In this document: one piece after another, positions 20,282 through 30,158 of the stretch | Layout: the number at the start of each line of letters is the position of its first letter | Numbering within the stretch: the stretch's first letter is position 1 | NCBI GenBank assembly: GCA_965208575.1 | Contig: CBDBOV010000006.1 | Coordinates: 832,001 to 896,000, forward strand | Length of the DNA: 64,000 nucleotides | Reading direction: 5' to 3' | DNA from: Spirochaetia bacterium | GTDB lineage: Bacteria > Spirochaetota > Spirochaetia > SZUA-6 > Bin103 | Translations under genes and position numbers: made by a program | The notes under the pieces: model-generated | Seen by the model: the letters and a program-made list of their open reading frames with translations, nothing else | Told to the model about the DNA's origin: nothing | The model's database searches: none

Positions 20282-21115
20282 CTATCCGGTGCCGAGCATC
20301 ACCTCGAGCTGGTCGTGCGGCTTGTAGTAGTCGGTGGCGATGTAGTCGTCGCCCATGTCGCCGAGCAGGCGGCGGCGGCGCGCCGGCATGCGCGCGAGCA
20401 CTTCGGCGGGCGCCTTCTCGTAGTCGTAGGGGCGGCACCACATCTGGCCGTAGCGGAAGGTCACGCTGCGCCGCACCGAGTCGCCGTGGTTGGGAGCGAC
20501 GCTGTGCCACAGGCTGTGCGGAAAGATCGCCACGTCGCCGGCCTGCACGCGGAGCTGGATCGCCCCGTCCGGGTCTACGCCGGCGGCAAACCCGGCCTCG
20601 GGAAACTCACGGCGGTGGCTGCCGGGCACCAGGCAGAAGTTGGCGCGGTCCGGGTCCGGGATGTCGGTCAGGAAGAACTGCACCTTGAAGTTCAGCGGCA
20701 GGCTGTCGTCGGTGACGCGGATCTGCTGCAGCGAGCGCCCGGCGTCGGTGTGCCACCGGAAGTCGGACTCGCGGCCCGCGGGACGCACGTAGATCTGCGT
20801 GCCCATGAGCTGCAGGTAGGGGCCCATCAGCCCCAGGATGGTGGGGAACGTGCCGGGGTGATCGATCAGGTCGTCCAGGCCGGCGGTGCGCCAGATCGCC
20901 TGCACAATGGTGTAGGAGCCGGGATGCGCGAAGCCCGGATCCGCCTCGTAGGCGGCGATCACGTCGTCGGCGGCGGCCAGGAAGGCGGCGGCCTGATCGC
21001 GGGAAATGGCCTGGCGCAGCAGCAGGTAGCCCTGCTCGCGCCACTGGGCAAGCACGTCCTCGCCGACGGCGGCGGCGGTTTCGGTGGCGGTTTCGGTGGC
21101 TGAAATGGCTGACAT
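20282..21115 (-). CDS. PhyH family dioxygenase
   Basis: WREQGYLLL, WHTD, VPGSH, LWHSV...RRSV. Confidence 0.9.
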   Translation of the reverse strand: MSAISATETATETAAAVGEDVLAQWREQGYLLLRQAISRDQAAAFLAAADDVIAAYEADPGFAHPGSYTIVQAIWRTAGLDDLIDHPGTFPTILGLMGPYLQLMGTQIYVRPAGRESDFRWHTDAGRSLQQIRVTDDSLPLNFKVQFFLTDIPDPDRANFCLVPGSHRREFPEAGFAAGVDPDGAIQLRVQAGDVAIFPHSLWHSVAPNHGDSVRRSVTFRYGQMWCRPYDYEKAPAEVLARMPARRRRLLGDMGDDYIATDYYKPHDQLEVMLGTG

Positions 21116-21153
21116 ATCCCGATTCTATCATCTTCGGTATGCTCGTCACGCTG

Positions 21154-22041
21154 ATGAATACCGACCGCGAAGCTGCCCGCATCGCCAGCCTGCTGGAGCA
21201 GCAGAACTACATCGCCGACGACGCCATCGTCACCTCGTTGCTGATCGCGGAACTGTTGCGCAAGCCGCTGCTGGTGGAGGGGCCCGCCGGCGTCGGCAAG
21301 ACCGAAATCGCGAAGGTGATGGCGCGCGCGCTGGATACCGACCTGATCCGCCTGCAGTGCTACGAGGGGCTGGACGCTAGCACCGCGCTGTACGAGTGGG
21401 ACTACAAGCGCCAGTTGCTGCACATCCGCCTGAGCGAACACGACAGCGCCTCGGTGGCCGAGCGGGAACGGCAACTGTTTGACGAGCGCTACCTGCTCAA
21501 GCGTCCCCTGCTGCAGGCGATCACCCACCACCGCAGCCCGGTGCTGCTGGTGGACGAGCTGGACCGCGCCGACGAGGAGTTCGAGGCGTTCCTGCTGGAG
21601 GTGCTGTCCGACTGGCAGATTTCGATTCCCGAGCTGGGCACCGTGAGCGCCCGCCACGTGCCGTACGTGGTGGTAACCAGCAACCGCACGCGCGACCTGT
21701 CGGACGCGGTGCGGCGGCGCTGCCTGTACCTGTGGATCGACTACCCCGACTTCGCCAAGGAACTGGCCATCGTACGGCGCCGCGTGCCGGGCATCGACCG
21801 GCACCTGGCCGAACAGATCTGCCGCTTCGTGGAGGCGGCGCGCCGCGAGCCGCTGGAGAAGGTTCCGGGCGTCGCCGAGACGCTGGACTGGGCATCCACG
21901 CTGGTGGCGCTGCACCGCGACCACCTCGACGAGGCGACGGTGGCGGCCACGCTCGGCGTGCTGTTCAAGAGCCAGGACGACGTCACCGGAGTGCGCCGCC
22001 GCACCGGCGGGATGCTGGCCGCCCTGGCGGCGTCAGACTAG
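21154..22041 (+). CDS. MoxR-family AAA+ ATPase (CoxD-like)
   Basis: EGPAGVGKTE, RLQCYEGLD, LLVDELDRADEEFEAFLLE, RRRCLY. Confidence 0.92.
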   Translation: MNTDREAARIASLLEQQNYIADDAIVTSLLIAELLRKPLLVEGPAGVGKTEIAKVMARALDTDLIRLQCYEGLDASTALYEWDYKRQLLHIRLSEHDSASVAERERQLFDERYLLKRPLLQAITHHRSPVLLVDELDRADEEFEAFLLEVLSDWQISIPELGTVSARHVPYVVVTSNRTRDLSDAVRRRCLYLWIDYPDFAKELAIVRRRVPGIDRHLAEQICRFVEAARREPLEKVPGVAETLDWASTLVALHRDHLDEATVAATLGVLFKSQDDVTGVRRRTGGMLAALAASD

Positions 22042-22310
22042 CGGCCGGTGGTGAAACCCTCGGTTGGACCCACAGCGGCGCCGTGCCCGGCCGGCAGGGC
22101 GCGGCGATCGAGCCTGTCGGGCACGGGCGGGCAAGCAGCGGCGCGGCCGGCAGCGATGCATCCGCGTTCGACGCAGCCGGAGTTTCGCCGCCGGCGGCCA
22201 GGCGCCGGCGGCGGCAGCACGCATAGCCCCTCCTGCGCCGCGCACTGGCCGGCGGACGGCGGGCGCCGGGGCCGTCGCGAGCGCGGCGCCGTGCGGAGTG
22301 CGGCGCGACA

Positions 22311-23465
22311 GTGAGCGCACCGAGCCGGGCGCCGCTCGCGGAACGCGCCCTGTCGGCGCGGGTGGTCGGCTTTTGCCGCCACCTGCGGGAGGCGGGAATC
22401 GCGCTGGGGCTGGGCGAACAGGCTGACGCGGCGCGAGCGGCCGCGGTGGCCCTGCGCGACCCGCAGCGGTTTCGGATGGCGCTGCGCGCCACCACCGCCA
22501 AGAACCGCGACGAACAGGAGATCTTCGACGCGTGTTACGCGGCCTACTGGGACAACCTCGTGGAGGCGGACTTCACCGACCCGGACCCGGCAGAGAGCGT
22601 CCTGCCGCCGTTGCGGATCCCGCGGCGCGGCAAGCAGTCGGTGCAGTACGAGGGAGACTCCTCGCTGGCCGGCGACCGGGAGGTGTCGGCCGCCGCCTAC
22701 AGCCCGCAACAGGTGCCGGCGCGCACCGACTTCGCGCTGCTGAGCACGGACGAGCTGGAGCAGATGTCGCACCTGCTGCTGGCCATCGGCCGGCAACTGG
22801 CCCGCTCCCTGTCGCGCCGCTTCCAGCCCGGTACGCGCGGCGTCCGGCTCGACCTGCGCCGCACCCTGCGCGCCGGGTTGCGGTCGGGCGAGCTGCTCGA
22901 CCTGGCGCTGCTGCGCCGCCGCCAGCGGCGGCTGAAGCTGGCGCTGATCTGCGACGTCAGCAAGTCGATGGACCTGTACAGCCGTTTCCTGATCCAGTTC
23001 ATGTTCGCCTTCCAGCGCGCCTACCGGCGCATCGAGACATTCGTGTTCAGCACCGGCCTGCACCGCATCACCGACCAGCTCCGCGGCCCCAACCTGACCG
23101 CCGCCCTCGACCGCCTGTCCGCGACCGTGCCGGAGTGGTCCGGCGGCACCCGCATCGGCGCATCGCTCGAACGCTACCTGGACGATTACGGCCGCACCGC
23201 CCTCGACCGGCGCACCGTGGTGACCATCCTGAGCGACGGCTGGGACACCGGCGACATCGACCTGCTGAGTCGCTGCATGGAGGAGATCCAGCGCCGCGCC
23301 GCCCTGGTCATCTGGCTCAACCCCCTGCTCGGCAACACCGGCTATCGCCCGCAGACGCGCGGCATGCAGGCTGCCCTGCCGTTCGTGGACGTGTTCGCCG
23401 CCGCCCACAACGCCGCCAGCCTGCGCCGCCTCGCCACCACCCTCGCCGGCCAACGCACCGGGTAG
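22311..23465 (+). CDS. VWA domain protein (CoxE-like)
   Basis: LDLRRTLR, CDVSKSM MIDAS, WSGGTRIG, SDGWD, WLNPL. Confidence 0.92.
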   Translation: MSAPSRAPLAERALSARVVGFCRHLREAGIALGLGEQADAARAAAVALRDPQRFRMALRATTAKNRDEQEIFDACYAAYWDNLVEADFTDPDPAESVLPPLRIPRRGKQSVQYEGDSSLAGDREVSAAAYSPQQVPARTDFALLSTDELEQMSHLLLAIGRQLARSLSRRFQPGTRGVRLDLRRTLRAGLRSGELLDLALLRRRQRRLKLALICDVSKSMDLYSRFLIQFMFAFQRAYRRIETFVFSTGLHRITDQLRGPNLTAALDRLSATVPEWSGGTRIGASLERYLDDYGRTALDRRTVVTILSDGWDTGDIDLLSRCMEEIQRRAALVIWLNPLLGNTGYRPQTRGMQAALPFVDVFAAAHNAASLRRLATTLAGQRTG

Positions 23466-23550
23466 CCTGGTCCGAAAAAGCCAGCCGGTAGCCGATGCTT
23501 CGGCATCGGTATTCATCGTCTTCCATGGCACGGAGTGACCGTACAGACTC
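23464..23550 (+). repeat. ~87-bp dispersed hairpin element, copy 1 (MITE/REP-like)
   Basis: Near-identical to the reverse complement of 62221-62307 and similar to 62910-62995; contains CCGATGC-TTCG-GCATCGG. Confidence 0.8.
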
Positions 23551-23575
23551 CGCCGGAAGATCGGTTCGGCAGCCG

Positions 23576-24016
23576 TCAGCCCTGCGAATCCGGCGGCGGG
23601 GCCAGGAGGGTCTCGAAGTCCGCCAGCAGCTTCGGCAGCACCTGGTTCATCTTGCCCATCTGCCGGTAGACGGTCGCATCATCAAGGCCGACGTATTCGT
23701 GCGCAAGCACGTTTCGGAACCCTCCCAGGCCGCGCAACTCGCGGTAGCGCTCCTCGGTCAGAAATCCACCGCGGTGCGCATTGGACAGCACGTCCTCATA
23801 CGTATCGCTGACGATCTCCTGTTTGGCGCTCAGCAGGTGATCCAGGATGTCCAGGGCGGCTTCGGCTGTGAGATGGAGCAGCCGTTCCACGGCATAGCGC
23901 GTGGTGCGGTCCGCCAGGTATTCATCCAGAGACAGGTCACGCCACTGCGCCAGATCGCGCTGATACTCGCGCAGCTTCTCCAGCCGCTTCGCGACGCTGT
24001 CAGGCCGGTAGACCAC
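23576..24016 (-). CDS. hepT: HEPN (DUF86) RNase toxin
   Basis: AVERLL and the RNVLAHEY (RX4HXY) motif; directly downstream of an MNT gene. Confidence 0.9.
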   Translation of the reverse strand: MVYRPDSVAKRLEKLREYQRDLAQWRDLSLDEYLADRTTRYAVERLLHLTAEAALDILDHLLSAKQEIVSDTYEDVLSNAHRGGFLTEERYRELRGLGGFRNVLAHEYVGLDDATVYRQMGKMNQVLPKLLADFETLLAPPPDSQG

Positions 24017-24440
24017 TGCGCCGGCTCCTGCGCCGCCGAAGGTAGAGCATGTGGTCGCGGTAGTGCAGCGTCAGGCGGCGCTCCAGGCCGTTCAGGCGGT
24101 CGGCGTCTCGATAGTGCAGCAGCCTGCCGTCGCGAATGACCGAAAACGCGACTACCGGATCGGCCTGGTTGAGCCAGACGAGATCGAGTCGGTCGGACCG
24201 CAGCAGACGTACGAATTCCGCGTGCAGCGCCAGCAGGTCGTCGCCCGTGAATCCGCTGCCGGTGTAGACCGCCGCGTCGAGATCGGAGTCGGGGGTCGCA
24301 GTTTCACTCGTGCGCGAACCGAACAGGTAGAACGCCTCGATCCGCCGGTCGGCCGCTGCTACCGGCAGCAGCAGATCGACACACCGGCGCGTCGACCACC
24401 TGATCGGACGTGTTCTGCTCCAGCGTTCCCGCACCGCCAT
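24000..24440 (-). CDS. mntA: Minimal nucleotidyltransferase antitoxin
   Basis: FGSRTSETATPDSDLD = GSX10DXD; LDLVWLN; overlaps hepT. Confidence 0.88.
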   Translation of the reverse strand: MAVRERWSRTRPIRWSTRRCVDLLLPVAAADRRIEAFYLFGSRTSETATPDSDLDAAVYTGSGFTGDDLLALHAEFVRLLRSDRLDLVWLNQADPVVAFSVIRDGRLLHYRDADRLNGLERRLTLHYRDHMLYLRRRRSRRSGLPA

Positions 24441-24621
24441 GCGACATCCACCCTGCCGCCATCGTAGCCCGGATCCCGCCTTGCCCGCCACCGGGCGCAT
24501 TGACTCATCGAAAATCTAACCGTAGCGAAAGCATGCCTCATCTAAAAATCTAACCGAACGGGCTGGACCTTCCGGGTCCGGTTGGAGCCTCTCCGAGGGA
24601 CGTGAGGAGGTTCCGGAGGAG

Positions 24622-25896
24622 ATGGGGTTGAAGATGAGTTCAAGGCGAGAGCTCACCGAGCAGCACGCGCAGCGGTATCGTCGGGCGGGCAAGAAGGAGA
24701 AGGGGCGCATACTCGACGAGTTCGTCGAGTCGACCGGGTACCAGCGCAAGTACGCGATCCATCTGTTGACCTGGTGGGGACGGACCCGCATGGTGCGAGT
24801 CGACGGCACACTGGTGAAGCTGGTGGTCGGGCGTCCGCGGCCTGCCCAGCGCCGCGTGCGACCGCGGCGCTACGACCAGGAGGTGCTGGTCGCTCTGAAG
24901 CTGATCTGGTACGTGTTCGACTGCATGTGCGGCAAGCGCCTGGTGGTCGTGCTGCGCACCATGCTGCCGACGCTGGAGTCGTTCGGCGAGATCGAGCTGA
25001 CCGCAGCGGTGCGCGGCAAGCTGCAGACCATCAGCGCCGCGACCATCGACCGGCTGCTGCAGCAGGAGCGCGCACGGCTGCGCCTGAAGGGTCGCACGCA
25101 CACCAAGCCGGGCACCCTCCTGAAGGATCAGATCGCGATCCGAACCTTCGCTGACTGGGACGAGCAGGAGCCGGGCTTCTTCGAGATCGACTTGGTGGGC
25201 CATGAAGGCGGCAACGCGTCAGGCGACTTCTGCCACACGCTCACCATCACCGACGTTGACACCGGCTGGGTCGACCTGTACGGCGTGCAGAACAAGGCGC
25301 AGCGCTGGACCCACGAGGCGATCGACGCTGCCCGGCAGAGCCTGCCGATCGTGATGCGGGGGATCGACACCGACAACGGCAGCGAGTTCATCAATCATCA
25401 TTTGCTGCGCTATTGCGAAGCGCACGGCATCACGTTCACTCGGGGTCGCCCGCATCGCAAGAACGACACCTGCTACGTCGAGCAGAAGAATGGCCACGTG
25501 GTGCGACGGGCGGTCGGCCACCTGCGTTACGACACCGACCGGGAACTGGCTGCCCTCAACGCGATATACCGCCCGCTGTGCCTGCTGGTGAACTTCTTCT
25601 ATCCCTCGGTGAAGCTGGTGAAGAAAACCCGCACCGGCAGCAAGGTGCGCCGCATCTATGACGACCCGCAGACGCCGTATCACCGCATGCTGGCCTCCGA
25701 GTCGGTGAGCGAGAAGGTGAAGAACCGCCTCAAGCAGCAGTACGCGACGTTGAATCCGGTCGCCCTCAAGCGCGAGCTGACCAGGTTGACCGAGGATCTG
25801 CTGCAGCTGAACGTCAGCAAGACCGCCAAGGCCGCACCAAGCACGGTGCAAACACCGAGCGAGGAGCGTGGTGGCAGCGGTCGCACGGCAAAATGA
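24622..25896 (+). CDS. DDE-type integrase/transposase (rve; IS481/ISNCY-like, family not assigned)
   Basis: PGFFEIDLVGH, DTDNGSEF, RGRPHRKNDTCYVEQKN, QTPYHR; GGAGGAG RBS. Confidence 0.92.
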   Translation: MGLKMSSRRELTEQHAQRYRRAGKKEKGRILDEFVESTGYQRKYAIHLLTWWGRTRMVRVDGTLVKLVVGRPRPAQRRVRPRRYDQEVLVALKLIWYVFDCMCGKRLVVVLRTMLPTLESFGEIELTAAVRGKLQTISAATIDRLLQQERARLRLKGRTHTKPGTLLKDQIAIRTFADWDEQEPGFFEIDLVGHEGGNASGDFCHTLTITDVDTGWVDLYGVQNKAQRWTHEAIDAARQSLPIVMRGIDTDNGSEFINHHLLRYCEAHGITFTRGRPHRKNDTCYVEQKNGHVVRRAVGHLRYDTDRELAALNAIYRPLCLLVNFFYPSVKLVKKTRTGSKVRRIYDDPQTPYHRMLASESVSEKVKNRLKQQYATLNPVALKRELTRLTEDLLQLNVSKTAKAAPSTVQTPSEERGGSGRTAK

Positions 25897-25956
25897 CCCT
25901 CTCAGGCGGGTCTGACGGTCGATAATCGGAGAATGGGCGGTCAGCGATGAGAAAAC

Positions 25957-26020
25957 GTCGCCTCAGCCGCGCTGTAAGGCCCCTCCACGACACGAGGTGG
26001 TGTCTGGATACCCCCGTGTC
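25957..26020 (+). repeat. Structured 64-bp direct repeat, copy 1
   Basis: 60/64 identical to 27929-27992; two hairpins; weaker similarity extends about 90 bp upstream. Confidence 0.85.
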
Positions 26021-26038
26021 TATGCATAACCATGCAAT

Positions 26039-27620
26039 TCAGTGCAACTTTATCCGCGACCGTAAGCCGGGTGGCGGAGTCCCGGTGCCGTCCCTGCAGT
26101 GCCTCGGCGAGGCGATTGCGGACCGCTGCCAGCCGGCTGCGTACCCGCCTGATGCTCTTTTCCAGGGCCCGGCGCACCGGTTCACGACCCGTGCGTCGGG
26201 CTCCGGCGGCGCAAGGTCATGGCTCGGCAGCGCGTCAAGGTTGAACTGCTCGCGCAGGTACTTGAAGAAGTTCTCCTGCGACCAGCGCGAGAACATGGCG
26301 CCGGCGACCTGCGCCAACGGCATCTGCGGGTGCGTGGTGATCACCGCCACCTGACGACCGTTGGCCAGACGCCGCCGGATCTGGCGCACCACCAGCCCGT
26401 TGCGCAGCATGATCGGCTGCTCGGCCAGATCAACCGCAGTCGTGCTGGTGCCGGCGGGACCATGGATCGGTACCTCGAAGGTGTGGAAGTCTTCCGGCAG
26501 CCAGTCCGCGCCGTTGAAGTTCTTGTGCCAGGTGATGCAGGCGATGCCACGCCGGGCCAGGCGCTTGAACAGGTCCGGGCTCCAGCCCTCGCGGTCGAAC
26601 ACCAGGGTCAGCTGCGGGGTACCGGCCGGTGCTCCGGTCAGGTCGGGGGCCGCTTCGGTCACCACCCCCAGGTGCTGCAACTGCGGCACCACGTCGTGCT
26701 TGATCGCATTCACCGGCTTCGGGTCCAGCGCCTTGTGCAGGCACAGCAGCGGTGCGCCGCCGAGGGCGTTGATCCAGTAGCTCACCGACGCCGGCAGACA
26801 CAGCTTCTGGCGTGCGACGAAGTGTTTCGGCAACCGCCCGTTGCGCCCGGTGTACACCTTCACGTGGCCATCCACGGCCAGCGTCGTCCAGTCGTCGTCG
26901 TGCTCGCTGGCCCAGGTACGCGCCAGTACCGATTGCCAATCGCGCACGGTGTGCTCGGCGCTGGCCAGCAGCCTGATCTTGCGGCGCAGCGTCTTGGTCT
27001 CCGGACAGCGGTCGAGGCCGAGGATGGCGCCCCACTCGCCGGGTGCCTGGTAGCGCAGGCTCTCGGGGTTGCGCACCCGGGCCAGGGTCATGCAGGCGAC
27101 GAACAGGAGGATGGTGGTCAGGCCGTAGAATCCGGCCGGCAGGCGGAACAGGCGGTTGGCGGCGGTGAGCAGGCCCTCGCGCAGCAGCATCGCCAGTGCG
27201 GCCAGCACGCCGCCGCCAGCGACCGCGTGGGCGGGCTCGACGAACGCTGGTGTGGCCTCGGTCAGCAGGCCGGCTCTGGCGAGCGTGCGGCGTTCCACGT
27301 CGCGCGCCGCGCGGCCCATGGGCGCGTGCTTGTCGCGGGCGTCGCGGCTGGCGCGCTCAGTGGCGACCGCCGGGTCGCTGACCGCGGCGGCGGTGCTGAC
27401 CGGGTGATCAGTGGTGGTGGCCGCCGGCGCAACCTCGGCGCTGGCGGCGGGCTCCCGGGTGGGATCTGTGATGACGCCGGCGCGGCGGTTCTCGTTGAAG
27501 GTGCTCACCGGGATGCCGAGTTCGCGAGCGCAGGCTGAGCCGCTCATCCCGGAAGCGAGCAGCTTGGCTGCCTGGTCCGCCATCTCGGCGTCGTCCACGG
27601 TGGCCTCCACGGCACCGCGC
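26039..27620 (-). pseudogene. Second putative DDE transposase, truncated at both ends and frameshifted near 26180
   Basis: GEWGAILGLDRCPETKTLR, VDGHVKVY, VFDREGWS, MFSRWSQENFFKY; coiled-coil continuation VRRALEKSIRR lies in another frame. Confidence 0.8.
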
Positions 27621-27928
27621 CGGCTGACTCCGGTCGGGCTACGCCCTCCGTCCGTCAGCGGGGTACAGCATCTCCTCCGCCCCGTTCGATCCCGACGGCT
27701 CCGGTGTCGCAACCTCGTCGCCTACCCCGTCCCGGCGGTGGGGAATTGTCATGACCCTGCCCCGGGCAACGCACCTCGGTGCAGTTGTCCGGGGCGCCTC
27801 GCTCCGTGCGCTCCGCAGCAACCTGCGCGCCGCTCGCGGCGTGGGCGGCATCACCCGGCTCGGCAAATGACTTCTGAGCGTCTCTGACGCCCGTATATCC
27901 GTGAGCCAGACGGTCGGCGTCAAGAAAT

Positions 27929-27992
27929 GTCGCCTCAGCCGCGCTGTAAGGCCTCTCCGCGACACGAGGTGGTGTCTGGACATCCCCGTGTC
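27929..27992 (+). repeat. Structured 64-bp direct repeat, copy 2
   Basis: Matches 25957-26020. Confidence 0.85.
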
Positions 27993-28357
27993 ACCAGCAC
28001 CGAAGTCGCCTCCAGACCCGTCCGCCCCCTCTTCGGTCAGCGACACGACACGGCACCGACCACCTCCCTGCCGTTGACGCCTCCTCATCCGCGCCGACCA
28101 ACCAGATACGCCCCCGGTCGCGTTGGTGTGCTTGAATCAACCCGGCCGGTCGCCCAGCAGCCTATCCACTTATCCACAATTTATGAGTCTCCCCCCTCGC
28201 GCTCCCCCCTCGTTCTCCGCCTCCCTTTCGGTTAGATTCTTACGTGAGGCACGCTCACCGTAAGGTTAGATTTTTACGTGAGGCAATAGGCCGGGCGCAA
28301 CGTGCGGCAACGTACGGCTGCGACACGAAACACGGGCGAGCGGCTATGATGCAGGCG

Positions 28358-29869
28358 ATGAGTGACAGCCCTGAACGAAGCGATTCCCTCGCCCGGCTGA
28401 AGCAGCTCGACCGCGAGATTCACCTGCTCGAGCACGTGGCCGGCCTGCTGCAGTGGGACCAGGAGACCTGCATGCCGCCCGCCGGGATCGACGAACGTGC
28501 CGACCAGCTTGCGCTGCTGGAGGGCGAGGTGCACGCGCGCCGCACCACCAGCGAGATGGGCGACCTGATCGCCGCGGCCGAGTCGCGTTCCGACCTGACC
28601 GAACCGGACCGGGCGCTGGTGCGCGAACTGCGCCGCGGCTACGACCGCGCCACCCGGCTGCCGGGAGACCTGGTGAAGGCGATGGCGCGGCAGAGCAGCG
28701 TGAACCACGCCAGTTGGGGGGAAGCGCGCGCCAAGTCCGACTTCTCGATCTTCCGCGCCGACCTGGAGCACACCCTGAAGCTCACCCGCGAAAAGGCGGA
28801 CTGCCTGGGGTTCGAGGACACCCGCTACGACCCGCTGCTGGACGAGTTCGAGCCGTGGATGACGACGGCGGAGCTGCGCGGCGTCCTGGACGCGCTGCGC
28901 GCGCCGCTGGTGGACCTGCTCGGGCGCATCACCGGCTCCGGCGTGCCGATCGACGACAGCGTGCTGCGGCGCGACTACGACGTGGCCGCGCAACGCGCGT
29001 TCAGCGACCACCTGCTGGCGGCGTTGGGTTTCTCGTCCGACACCGGACGGCTGGACGTGTCGGCGCACCCCTTCTCCACCACCCTCGGCGCCGCCGACGG
29101 CCGCCTGACCACGCGCTTCTACCCCAACCTGCTGAGCGCGAGCATCTTCGGCACCATCCACGAGTGCGGCCACGGCCTGCACGGCCTCGGGGTGGCGCCG
29201 GAGCTGGCCACCACCGAGCTGGGCGACGGCACCTCGCTCGGCATCTGCGAGTCGCAGTCGCGCTTCTGGGAGAACCTGATTGCCCGCCGGCGCGCCTTCT
29301 GGGAGCACTTCTACCCCGAGTTGCAGCCGCGCTTCCCGGCGCTCGCCGACGTGGGCCTGGACCAGTTCTACCGCGCCGTGAACGCGGTGCAGCCGTCACT
29401 GATCCGCGTGGAGGCGGACGAGGTGACCTACAACCTGCACATCCTGTTGCGCTTCGGCCTGGAACGGCGCCTGGTGGACGGCGAGATCGAGGTGGCCGAC
29501 CTGCCGGAGGCGTGGCGGGAGGAGTCGAGGGAACTGCTCGGCATCGTTCCGGAGCAGGACGCCGACGGCGTGCTGCAGGACATCCACTGGTCGATGTTCC
29601 TGATCGGCTACTTCCCCACCTACAGCCTGGGCAACCTGTACAGCGCGCAGTTTCACGCCGCCATGGCGGGCGACATCGGCGACTGGGAGGAGCAGGTGCG
29701 GTGCGGCGAGTTCGCGCACATCCTGGACTGGCTGCGGGAGCGGATCCACCGCCACGGACGGGTATACTCGGCCACCGACATCTGCCGGCAGGTCACCGGC
29801 GAGCCGCTGAACGCGCGCTACTTCCTGGACTACCTGGAAGGCAAGTTCGGCGAGCTGTACCGCCTGTAG
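28358..29869 (+). CDS. M32 family carboxypeptidase (carboxypeptidase Taq-like)
   Basis: WDQET, HPF, HECGH (HEXXH), ESQSRFWEN, IRVEADE, LQDIHW, GYFPTY. Confidence 0.95.
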   Translation: MSDSPERSDSLARLKQLDREIHLLEHVAGLLQWDQETCMPPAGIDERADQLALLEGEVHARRTTSEMGDLIAAAESRSDLTEPDRALVRELRRGYDRATRLPGDLVKAMARQSSVNHASWGEARAKSDFSIFRADLEHTLKLTREKADCLGFEDTRYDPLLDEFEPWMTTAELRGVLDALRAPLVDLLGRITGSGVPIDDSVLRRDYDVAAQRAFSDHLLAALGFSSDTGRLDVSAHPFSTTLGAADGRLTTRFYPNLLSASIFGTIHECGHGLHGLGVAPELATTELGDGTSLGICESQSRFWENLIARRRAFWEHFYPELQPRFPALADVGLDQFYRAVNAVQPSLIRVEADEVTYNLHILLRFGLERRLVDGEIEVADLPEAWREESRELLGIVPEQDADGVLQDIHWSMFLIGYFPTYSLGNLYSAQFHAAMAGDIGDWEEQVRCGEFAHILDWLRERIHRHGRVYSATDICRQVTGEPLNARYFLDYLEGKFGELYRL

Positions 29870-30158
29870 CCGGCGCGGAACGGATGCGCGCACCGGCAAT
29901 CGAACTCGCGGCGATCTCCTGGCCGGTGCCGCGCGGCAACGCCGGACCGGCGAACCGCGAGCGGTGCGAGCGCGGTGACGACAGCGAGCACCGTGTGTGG
30001 ACCGGGAGTGCCAGGAACGCGGCCGCCGCGGTTGCTGACGGCGCCGGCCCGGTACGCCCGGACGAGCCGCGGACGAGCGGCGGCTCGCGCGCCCTTGCGG
30101 CTGTTCCCGGCAGGCCGCGGCGAGCGTCAGGCCCGCGCTTGGCGGGGAGTACGGCCCC

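Larger units (their letters stand above)
24500..28290 (+). mobile_element. rve/DDE transposase element with ~63-bp bipartite terminal inverted repeats and ~2.4 kb downstream cargo
   Basis: Left end TTGACTCATCGAAAATCTAACC...TGCCTCATCTAAAAATCTAACCGAACGGG matches the reverse complement of 28222-28286; CCGGGCGCA occurs at 24491-24499 and 28291-28299 (candidate TSD). Confidence 0.8.

Noticed and set aside
22048-22314. 88-aa ORF between the MoxR and VWA genes
   Set aside because: Ala/Arg/Pro-rich with no recognisable motif, despite the GTGA overlap
23317-23526. Recurrent MEDDE(Y/T)R peptide ORFs (also near 62246 and 62970)
   Set aside because: Translations of the 87-bp repeat; the reading frames diverge beyond it
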